Positions 29,317 to 41,300 of a stretch of DNA of 64,000 nucleotides are shown one piece after another. The translations under genes and the position numbers were made by a program. Each line of letters starts with the position of its first letter. Position 1 is the stretch's first letter. The stretch comes from Phallusia mammillata (taxonomy: Eukaryota): NCBI GenBank assembly GCA_965637545.1, contig OZ281494.1, positions 8,556,001-8,620,000 on the forward strand. The letters run 5' to 3'. Under the pieces are notes generated by a model that was not told the DNA's origin, did not search any database, and was given only the letters and a program-made list of their open reading frames with translations.

Positions 29317-32300
29317 GTGCGCCGATGTTTGTTGATTTAAAAATTTTTAGGTGTAGTTTCATGGGGATTGCTGAATTTTTTAAAGGCGGCTTGCGCCAAT
29401 CTCACTTTTAAGTTGTGTTTTTAGCGGGGTAATTTGGGTTCGTTTTTTATAGTTTGCTATTTAGTTTGAATGTTAAAAATATAAATGTGTAGAAATACCT
29501 CTAAAGTCTAAATTGAGCAAAAGACCGATACTTGAAAACAATTCCGTATAGACTAAGACTTGTCGGTGTGACCAAAGTCTTTCAAATTGAAACATTTCAC
29601 AATTTAGTATTATTCTAAGAAAAGGTAATTTAGGATGTTTGGGAAAAAACACTTTCTTTGACAAGTTCTTTGCAATATCTTCATCAAGGATGGTTTTATC
29701 TTCTCCAAGAAGGCTTTTTGGCAAAAGTTGTGTACGTTAACACGTTGACTGCCAACTACGAGTTATCTCGTAGTTGCCGACCTAGCCAGGCTTGCCAGAT
29801 ACGAGTATACTCGTAGTAGACTTATTTGATTGTAACGCGCTTAAAACGAGCTGGCGTCTCGAACTAACGTCGTGGATGCGTTGTGGCAACACCGAGACAC
29901 CTTATATGGTGTATACATCAGCATGTTACCTGTAAGCATGGCACCAGCGAAGAAAACTATTTCGACTTCCCGATTTCAGAAAGTCACTAAAACATATCTC
30001 GCAAATTTGAGCACAACATAGGAATATCCCTTGGCAGTCAACGTGTTAAGATGAATACATTGCAGCTCAGTTGGTAAAAGGCGAGTCCCGGAAAGACTCC
30101 AGTCGTGGGTTCGAATCCCACCATAGGCTAGATATTTCTCGCCTGTACTGTGCCTTGCCATATGGGGATATTTGGGAGACCGGATTGATTGTATAACGCC
30201 TTCAATGGCCATGGCGTACTTTGATTGTTATATATGTTTTATTATTTATGTAGGGACAAACAAGTTGCCTGACATGCGGAGCTGAAGCCACTCAACCGAG
30301 CTTAGGGCAAACTAGTTGCTTGTGCACAGGATCGGGTCGTGACTTTCAACCGAGCGATCTGAGTTGTCCGTGTGCAACCGGCTACAACGCTGATGCCAAT
30401 AGAGGCGGTGACTGTGTCAAGTAAGGATTCTACTATTTCATGCATTATACTATTGATGGTTTTATATGAACTCTGCAAGCAATATTTCTGTATTCACAAC
30501 TGTGGACCAAAAAACATTTTAAGGGCCACAGAGCTATTTGAATATTCAGTATTAGGTATTTTTTACTTGACAGCATAACACAAGCCACAAAAGTTTTAAT
30601 GAATATTTGGGCAATGAATTACACCAGTTTATATGACCCACTGCTCTGTATTCACTCATAAAGTGCAATCTATTAAAGTTGTGCTTTTTAAACACGATTG
30701 AAAAATTACTTTTCAATTTTTTCATAAGTTTGATTTTATCGGCCTATTTAAAAACGAATTTCGTGGATAATTTTGACTTGTGATTGTGTTGATCAAACTA
30801 GAATAAGGCTTCTGCAACTTTTGTTATAAGGTGACCTTTGATAAGGGGTTTAACAGAAAAATAGATATGTTTCACAAATAAACGGTACAGTTTTTTGGGA
30901 TATTTTGTTTTTTTCTATTTCTTGTTTCTCCACTATGTTTTGCAATACACTTTGAGCGTAATATGTTCAAGAAGGAGTAATCTGAAACGTCAAAACGTCG
31001 CTGAAAACTTGAACTCCTAGCTATGAGTTTTTCTTCTCACAGGTTTGTGTATCCGCTCTGCACTGACGGAACAACCCGAGCACAAGACGGAGCTTGTTTG
31101 GATGACGCACAATGGGAAGAAAGATGCCGTCAGACATGTGCAACACCTGATGGTTATCAAGGTACCAAATATAATACACGACAAAACTTTGTGGATTGTT
31201 GGTATGGTCGTTTAATGTTTGACTTTCAAATAACTGCACTCATAATTCAAGACCCACGCTAGGGTTAGAAATATGCAATTTGAAGTAAATGACTTGACTT
31301 TAGACACGTAAGCATTTTTGGTAAAATCATTTTTGGTAAAGCAACATCAATTGGTAAAATCTTTCTGAATCTGTTAGAATGAACTCGTAACTGGGATCAG
31401 CCGTGAAGCGGTGATGCAGACTAGCGATTAAATAGGTCTGGCGTACTATGATTTGTGTAAACCGGATTTTAGAGAACTCCAATAACTTTCAAATAACTGC
31501 AAAATGCCACAGTTTAATTCATACATTTGTATCGCAATAACTTTGCCTTCAACAACGGCAAAGAAAACATACTCAAAATCAATCACTCATAAAAACAGTA
31601 CCAGGCAACACTCTTGAACAAAGCTTAAGACTCAAATCGATTTTGATTGACAGGAGTCGACAAGTCGTTGGGAGTTTGCCTCTGTCAGGTTGACAACTTG
31701 GATGCGATCTGCAACTTGGAATGCAGAACTCAACAAAAATCCACAATGCAATTTATGTGTCCAGATCCACTTGTCAGCACACAACCGATTGTCCGGTAAT
31801 TAAATGAAACTAGAATATTGCTATCGATTTTTGATCATGGTGTCATTTTAAAAAGGGACTAAATGTTTGTTTTTCTATCGAAAGATATAGTTGAACAACA
31901 AAACTCACCAATTGGATAAAGTATGATTATTCCTCATTTTTGTGTCAACATTCTCTTTACTTTTGTCCAGACCGTATGTAGGTTTGCCACTGTAATGGTT
32001 TTATTACCCATTGAAACTCTAAAGAAAAAAACAGACTCTTAAACAAAAACTATAATTTACCAGTGTAACATACGCCGACGGTTCGACCGTTGACTACCCG
32101 ACTTCGGATTTATCCAACATCATAAACTCCCGGAACGCAATCTTTCCTGACCAATGTACTTCGGGTACATCCACCAGTCAGCCCATATACACGATCGAAT
32201 CGTCAGAAGCCGGTTTTGTGGGAAGGTACAGTCCCAACCCTGACACATTGACGCAAGAACTCGATGCAAATTCACAGGTACAGTGCCAAGACTTTTTGAA

Positions 32301-35300
32301 GGTGTCAGAAATATCTTACATAAAATAAAACTTGTTGAACTGACGTCACGTTTCAAATTGAACCGGTTGTTATTTTTCAAATGAAACGGGTTAGACTTTG
32401 TGACGTCATGTGTCAAACTTAACCTATTGGCCCTTATGACGTCATGTTTCAAATCGAACCGTGACGTCATGGTTTATCTTGCTTGTGACGTATTGCTGTC
32501 GATAATTTTACAATTATCTAGATTATTGTATTCATTTGATAGAGCTTTTTGATTCTTTTATGCGTGAATTATTAGGGAATTGTGCTGGTGCAGGAATTGA
32601 AATTTTCGCCGTTGGTGTGTGTTTTTCGCCGTTGCCATCGTCAGTACAAGTGCTGAACGAAACTGCGTCCTGTCGCTATAAAAATGTTGTGGAAAATAAT
32701 AACTAACATAACCTTTTGAAATTCAGAACACAACCACAACCAGTCGTCGACGTCGCAGTGTCAGTGGCCAATATGCAGCATCCCGATACAAGCAGAGCTA
32801 CAACATTGAAGGTCACCATCAAGGTCGAAAGTTGATGGCCGTTACCCCTAGCAACAACAGTGGTATTCTGAATCCTGTAATCTGCCTGGCTCTCGGAGAT
32901 CTCATGAGTTTTACGTAAGTTTACCTTGAATTGAGGGGTTTGATTTGATTGAAAAGTGTGAATTAAAGTGTCCCTTTTGGTTCTTATGTCATGCCACCAA
33001 CCTTTAAATTCCTAATGATAAACATTTTTCTGTCCAGTTTGCCTTCCTGTAGACTTTTGCAGAAATTGTAGCATAAACTTAGTTAGGACGCCACAAAAAG
33101 GCTCCAGTTCCTTATAAATCATACCAGTGGTTAACAAACTTTTGTTTAGTTACACATTTCTTTTACAAATTTATGAAGTCTAGTGATTCCTAGGTACCAT
33201 TTCAGAACTTTTTTGTTTGTTTAATTCTAATATTCTTGAAATATGGATGAGACAACAAGCCGAAATAATTAAACACCAGAATTTATTTTATACCTAATTT
33301 GCATTAGTGGTGTGTAATATATATATTTTTGTAATAAAGGGCCTTTTGTACAGACACCAGATTGGAAACTACTAAATATAGATAAACATGTTGTACACTA
33401 ATCTGCGTCTCAAATTGGTTAAAATTCCACAATGGTGTATTTCCAGTTGTACCATCGAGCAGATTTGGCGAGGCATGGCTTTTCAGTATGTTACTCGCAA
33501 CATACTGGAGTGCCATAATGTGGTTACACTAGCCAATACGGCCAATGTCTTGTCACCAACTGCACTGATGAAACCTTATAAGTTGAAACAGTGTGCATAG
33601 TCTCCGGTTTACTTGTCACGTAACAGCCCCATGCGTTTCTACAGTCAAAATTAATGAAATTATTCTCCAACAGAGTGGACAACCTGAACTACCCGATGTA
33701 CGACGTCACTAACCTTTACAACACGAACGAGAACTTTGACTATGGAGGATTTCGTACACTTAGTGAGGATCAATCTCTGATCAACACACAAGCCTCCCTG
33801 TTTATTTATAAATTCACAGAGCCTGGTGCTTACAGTTTCATGCACAACACCAACAGTTTGAAGAAATTCTATGTGCGAGGTCAGTCCGTCTGAACGAAAA
33901 GATTAGTGTACAGTGTTGATTTTTACACCAAATAATTGTTGACTGCGTAATGTCTGTCACTTTATGTCTCATGAAGGATAAGAAGTCGTAGATACCATAA
34001 AAACGCCCTTCAGCGTGGACCGTTATTGCAAACTTTGTCTTATTTTTTGCCTTCTGCGATCAACCGTTCATGTTCTATACGCCTTATTTAATGCATTTAT
34101 GTTCCTGGCATAGCTACCATTTATGCTTTATGTTTTGTGAACCCTAAGATATCAAAAACGTACGTTAACTCCAACTGTAGCTATATTAACGAAGTGTTTT
34201 CTGTTTAGCAAACAAAGTGTTGTTTTTATGTCAAAAACATTCCTAATTCCACGCTAGTTTGTAGCTCTACAAGGTAAATCACCAGCGCCGTATTAAGCTG
34301 TATAGGCCCGAGAAGTTACCCCCTCCCGTGTTTTTCCACCATCTAAAGCTAAAATTTTGACATTTTTGTTCTTGACTACCCTTTCGAACACTAATTTCGC
34401 ATGTTAGCAGGGCAAGAACGTGCAAATTTAATGCTCGGTTCAGTTGTGCAACTGTTCGGCCGAGTACCGAGCATCAAAAACAGCGGTGCCATGTACCGAG
34501 TACTCGGGTTCTGGCTCTGCTCGGCCCATTCCTACTATACACTCCCACAAATCACTCAATAAACTCTCACATACAATTTGCATCCACCAGTAATGGAAGC
34601 GGGTGGCACCTGTACCGAAGTCGGTCCATTCTTCGCACAAACACCACGTGCTATGGTGCAGAGCGGATTCGCACTCCGTTCTGACATTCTCCTGGAACCC
34701 GACTGGCTTCTCATCGGACTCCTGATCGCAGCAGCTCTTCTGGTGGTCATTATCCTTATTGTGGCACTCATGCTCTTTAAGAAGTACGGGTGGAGCAAGA
34801 TGTTGTATTTGATTCCCTATTACCGCGTCTTGGCAAAAAGTTTCTCGTTTGACGATTATTCGTCCAAGGTTAGATTCTGTTTTTGTGACATATGTTGGTT
34901 CTGACTTGAAATCATGCTTTTGCTGTTTGAGATAGAATATTGCATGTGAAGCTTATTGCATAGCCTAATTGTTGCTGTTCAACATTATTCAGCATTGTTT
35001 CAATTATTGCTCATTTTTCTACTTCAGCATATTTCTTAGTTTGTTTAACGATTTAAAATATTTGTATCGGGGTGAATTATTCATACTGTAGTAAAATGGA
35101 CAGACTGTACGTAAACGGTTATAATTGCAAAACAAGTTACTTGCTACTTTTTTGTTGTCAATATCATCATAAACGTTTGAAATTTCTGTTGTAACACCAC
35201 CTTTAAGCCTAAATACTGGGTAAATCGCTTGAGGTACCAATACGTCTGTTTAAAAGCGTTCATCATTTTGAATTTACAATTTCATTTTTTTAAGCTATTC

Positions 35301-38300
35301 TGCTTGCCTATTCACTATCAGCACTAATTGACGATTTTGTGCTTAGGGGTCGACAGTTCATTCAGTGAAGAAGTTTCATCGCAACATGGATGCCCAGGGT
35401 CGAATGGTGGCTGATGGAGAAGTTGCTGTTGCTGCTGAAACTGACTCGGTCACTGCTAGAGACGAATTCTGGGACTACGAGAGACAGGTCAAGCAGTTTA
35501 GCATTTATATTTTGGTGAAAAACTGTAGCCACTATGCAAAAGAAAACATGCTGGGCGAAATAACATTAAAGTAAAACTTGACCAAGACAGAATTTTTTAC
35601 TTGAAGATTTCGCCAAAAGATTGTTGGTTAATATATATAACAAAGTTTGTGAGCTGACTCCAATTTACGTTTGGGTCTCGCTGAGGCAATTTAACACATC
35701 TTTGTCATAACCAATCCCTCGTAAGTATTCAGGATTTGATATGACCTCTATAAAAGTCCAAATGGATTCTTTGAAACCTAAATCCTAAAATTTGGGGGCA
35801 CGATTATTAGTTGAAGCTGAAATACATCATATATGTGATCTTAGGCTATTAGCAACATTTTGATGGCACATAAAGTTTTAATACAAGAATCCCAATAGTC
35901 ATATACTTTGCATTTTTTTAACGCAGGTCGATTTGGAGTCGTTCAGCAGTCAGGAGTTTTACAACATTCTGACTAAACAATCGCAAGGAGTGACTTCAAC
36001 CATCGGAATGCAGAAGGAAGAAGTGAAAGCACTTTACCAGAAGGTTGCCCAGCAAACTCAATCACTCAAAGGTGCCTATACGTTTATGCTAACAAAAATA
36101 TTATAATCCAGGCTTATTAGAGGCGTTTTTTCCGAATCAAGCCGTTTTCCGAAGCTATACGGCAAAGGCTTTATTCGTTTTTTTGTAGACCTTTGGGCTG
36201 CCAAATTGAATCTCAAGGGCAGAGCGTCCTTGGCAACGGAGGAGGAGCTTGCGGAGTATGAGAGGAAGAAAGAAGAGCTGGATATTGAGTTAGAAAGACG
36301 AAGACTCCTCGGCGAAAAGTTTTCGGTATATTGTCCTTTAAATTGCAAGGAGTTAATTCGTGTCTTAAACTAACGATTACAAAAACTGATACTAAAAACA
36401 CATACTGTGTATATTTGGTGATTAGAGACTGCTTGAACCCATAATTCCAAACATTTACCGACCGCGGGGATTTCTACAAGCCGTATTTAAATACGTCTTT
36501 GGCCGTTTAAGCCTAACGCTATAGTTTTTACAGTTTGCAAAATGCCATTTTTTTGTTTTAGACTTCTGTGCTTTGTGTATAAATTGAACATTATATTCGT
36601 TTCTTCAGACTGTGCTGCAACAACAACGATTAATCGTGGGAGAAGACGCGATTGAACGGCAGCGTCACCACGTGGTATTCACCGCCTCGTTCAAGGCTGC
36701 TCAGAGACTACTGGACAAAGCACTCGTTTCCCTAAAAGACGGTATATTAAATAAATAAATATATATATCTATAAATACTTTTATATGTAGTTAAGGAATG
36801 AGCCAATTCGAAGGTTATTCCATTTGACTGGGCTTCTAATGTGTTGTGTAGCAACAGACTAGTCGCTGTACATTGATTGTAGAAAATTGAATTATGTCAA
36901 TTTTTTTAATGTATTTTTTTAAAAGGTGTTTGTTTGCATGGCAAAGTTATTAACCTTCATACAGGCTTGAGCAGACCATAAAGACACTTTTTAGAGAAAG
37001 TCGTCACAATTCTCTGCAAGACAACAACTCTAGATATTTGGAATGATGTCTTAAAAGCACATACATTTTATGTGTTTGGTTTGCAGGACTTATGACAGTG
37101 GAAGAAATTCAAGTTGAAATCGCCGGTAGAGTTGGGGCTCTCATCAACAAAATGTCGGCTACTGTGAACAATGAATGTAGAAGACTTGGAACTTGGGGTG
37201 TAGTGGGATCTGGAACCGGAGCCAATCTTGTTTACCCGGGTAATTACCTATATATGGCTGTCACGAAAAAACATTATCACAATGAGCTTGGGACTAACGA
37301 TCGCGGACCCGATATGTGTAAAAATACTTGATTTAAAAACATATTGAAATAATAAAGACCCCTACTATTTTGCCTGGAACGCGGTTGCCCCAAATCAGCC
37401 TTTTGCTTAAAATCGTCTCAATGTGGTTCTCAAGTCTGATTTTTTATTTGGCTTTTATAGGTAGTTCTCAAAAAGAGTGTTGTCACTATCCTGCTTTGCA
37501 AACTGCAAGGCGTCAACTTGTACAGTTTCCCCCTATCATTCGTATAACACGATGCACAAAAGTTTAGGTTCTACCTTTCATGTGTTGTTGAAGGTGAAAA
37601 TCGAGGTATTTTTGTGTGATTAGGAACCAAGACGCCTCTCGGGCGGGAAGATGTTTTCGCCAACGACGGTTCACTGAAAGCGACGGACTTATGCAAAATG
37701 GATCCGACCACCGGATTGGCTATTCCCAACCCTGGAACCGAAATGCTACTGGCCAATGGTCACGTGATGCCAATTCGCTCTAGCGACCACTTTGTACATC
37801 CACAAACAGGTCAGTAAAAAAGACTTTCTTTGTGCTGTACAACGCGTTTTAAAGCGTTTTCTTTGCCGTATGGAACAAATAATCATGAAATTCAGAAATT
37901 ATTGTGCTAATTAACTGTTTTTTGCGTCTACCACCACTTTGTCGTCCCAACACATTTTCTCACATAATTTTCTTATTTTTCAGGTCTGGTACTTCCCCTT
38001 CAGGGCAACCTCAGCTACGACCCAATTACGTCACGTGTCGTCGTCACGGCTGACTGCGCAACGGGCGAGGTTTCGAAAACCGACGAACCTCTGATTCCTT
38101 ACCTACCTTACCCAACCGACCCCCGCACAGGAGCGCCAGTTAACGCTAACCTTCAGACCCTGGAACGCCGTGCCGATCTTCGTTTCGGTGCCCCTATGTT
38201 TGACCCGACCACCGGTCTCACTGTTCCGATTTGCGCAATGACTATTCACCCTGTCACAGGCGCTGTTCATCCACTTGGTAAGTGTTGGGCACTGATTTTC

Positions 38301-41300
38301 AAACTTAAGGCCCTAAAATAATTTCAGTAGGCCACAGAGTTATTTGAGGTATTGTTCGTGGTATTGTAAGATAAACATGCTGTTATGCTCGCTCGTGGTA
38401 GATTTTCAAAATATGGCTGCATGGTATGAGCTGCATACCGAGTTTGATCAAGATTTTGGGCCATGGAACAAAGGAGTTTGGGGACAACTGTTCTTGAGCA
38501 ATATCTATTTGTCATTTTACTCTTTGGCCTAGAGACCATAAACACGGACAGTAATAATGCACAGGCAGCTATCCCATCAACGCAAAAAAGTTTCTTCATT
38601 TTAAGCTTGTTGTAACGCATACAGGCAAATAGAGCGATAAGCTTGCCATACCTTTTATTGGAAAAGTTGCTATTGAACATATTTAACCATGTTATCTTTT
38701 GGAAATCGTTCATGAGTAAGAATCAAATTCCAACTCGATTAATCTCGCCTGGATCTATCTCTTTTACGAGGCCCTTATGTTTAGTCCAAAGAAATTCGCA
38801 GTCATTTAACGGAAAACAAACATGCATAATGCAATGGTTCTTGCACGCAGGTGGTTCTTATAAGAGTCCAGTCACCAAACTACCAACTGCTATTGAACTT
38901 GGATCAATGATGCTTGAACCTGACACTGAACGACCTGTTCCTATTCTTGGCGTCGCAATCAACAACAAAGGAAAAGTTGTACCGGTCTGTATTTTGTTTG
39001 TGATCTTTTGTTGTTTGTTCCGAGGGTAAAGAAATAGTGTGAAACTTCATTAACTAATTTATTGTTACGCTTTCATATTATTTAAACCAATGAATTTTGT
39101 ATGTATCAAAGTATTTTCATTTTTTAAACTATGTACCCACACCTTAAACAAAAGAATAATGTTAAAATATCTTTTGTTTTAGTTTTCCAAGAAATGTTTG
39201 ATAATGAATGTTAAACTTCATATACGCGCTAAAAACGGCGCATACGTATTGAACTAACCCTTAATTTTATGCCTAATATTCAAGGTTTATTGAAATGCAT
39301 TCAATTTAACCCCAAGTCCGGACAAAACTTTCAAATGTTATTTAAAGCAATTTTTCCTGCAGCAAAGCCTTACCGTCAAGCACCAATATTCTATGTAGCA
39401 AACATGTCTAAACTCAGTCAGCAAGCCAAAGCAACTTCAATCTAAGTAACCTAGCCTCTACAATATCATCCAAGCTAACAATTTCCACATTTGCAGGTCG
39501 GCGGAACCATGACGCCTCCAGACGCCGTTAACTCGCGAATGCAGGTTCCAATCGTCCCCGGTGACACATTTGTGGAGCCTCTGGGAGGTCGCGGAGTTCG
39601 TGTGAGTTCCTGCAGGATTTTGTTGGATCCAAGCCACCGGGATGAAGAGAGCGTCCTCCCATCCGCCGGAGGATACCAGGCGTTCCTGGATGCAAGTGTG
39701 TTGGCTTGCGAAGTCCGTGCTCTGGATGCTCTTCGGGAGCTGAGAGATGCAGTATCAGGTGGGGAAGAATTTTTTAGGTTGTTTTGAGGAGTGGTTGCAT
39801 GTAGTAAACATGACATTGAATTCAAGAGACATTTGACTCCATTTTGTTTTATCGTTCGGCATAATATGCATTAACAAATTCACTTTAGATTATACAAGTA
39901 CGTAATATTTTATGCTACATAGTTGCACTGCAAATTCTTGCCCTCTGTTAGAAGGGTATTTACCAAGATCACAAGAAATATATTACTCTTCATTAGCAAT
40001 TTTGGGGGAATGATCATTTGTTTTAATTAAGTTTGTCTCTCTGTGATTGCAATTTGATCAAGTTTATTGCACTCTCAATGCTTCACTTTGTCGTTTGCCT
40101 AAACATTTTCACGTGTCATGGTTGAGCAATAGAAAAGCGTAAAGGTACATAAAGTACATAGCTGTGTATTTTATCAACTTCACAGGTCATATTTCCAGAG
40201 CTAAAGTGTGTATTTTTAAACCACATGTTCAAATTAAAGAAATTTTCTGTTTTTGGAACCCTCAAGTTATCGAAATTCCTGACCGATTGGAAACTCTAGT
40301 CTTTAACGTTTAGGAGATTTCTTTTAACCAACCTTCGGTCTAACAAAATATTTTCATAAAAAACGTTACAGGACCAGATGCAATGGCTCAAGGAGTTTCC
40401 TTCANNNNNNNNNNNNNNNNNNNNNNNNNNNNNNNNNNNNNNNNNNNNNNNNNNNNNNNNNNNNNNNNNNNNNNNNNNNNNNNNNNNNNNNNNNNNNNNN
40501 NNNNNNNNNNNNNNNNNNNNNNNNNNNNNNNNNNNNNNNNNNNNNNNNNNNNNNNNNNNNNNNNNNNNNNNNNNNNNNNNNNNNNNNNNNNNNNNNNNNN
40601 NNNNACTGACAATGGAAAAAGGACAACAGGTGGATAAAAAATAACTTCCATTTTAATTTTTTACCCAAAATCGCTTCAAACCTAAATATCCATGACGTAA
40701 TCAACATATGACGTCACAAGTATGACGCGGATCGTTTGTGCAGAGAGACAAACTGTTGGCGCGTCTGGAGGCTCGCAAGAAGATACAGGAGGAGCTTTCC
40801 AAGGAGAGAGCGGTTGCCAAGCAACTGCGGCTCGCGGCCAGGAGGAAGTCGGCGGTTGGTCAGGAACTTCCGGAAAGCGCCCGTGCGCTCATTGAACGTG
40901 TCGAGGAAATGGATGAGCGCACAGAAGCACAAAATCAACGCTTGGTTGAAGCACAGGTATTTACATTTAACTTTTTGGGCGATTGACTTGGACATGTGAT
41001 TTCTAGTGTGTTCTGGCTAAATCCGATATGTTAGTACAGTGGCTTCTAACCTTTGTCGACGAATTCCTCCCATAGTAAATGACATAGTAGATGCTAAACC
41101 ATACAAAGATAATTTGAAATTGTTTTTTCTATCAACTTTACAGGTTATATTCCCAGTTCTTAAGTGTCTATTTACAAACCACATGCACAAATTAAAGTAA
41201 ATTCCTTCCCTCAAGTTTCAAAATTCTATTCTTGAGAGAAAATTTTTCCACTTGGGGACCACTGTATTAGTAGAAGTTTGTTTCTCGTTTGCATAAGTGG

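Noticed and set aside
30061-30130. Possible tRNA-Ser(GGA) gene
   Set aside because: D-, anticodon- and T-arms are present but there is no acceptor-stem pairing, C replaces U33, and it continues into a body shared by several dispersed copies, so it is a SINE head rather than a tRNA.
32622-32644. Minus-strand CTGACGA...GAAA hammerhead-like string
   Set aside because: Stem II is only 2 bp, there is no NUH triplet or stem I, and it belongs to a local TTTTCGCCGTTG repeat.
40372-40629. Frame discordance as evidence of a pseudogene
   Set aside because: The shift occurs only across an arbitrary 200-N gap; the other roughly 16 kb of spliced CDS has no stop or frameshift.
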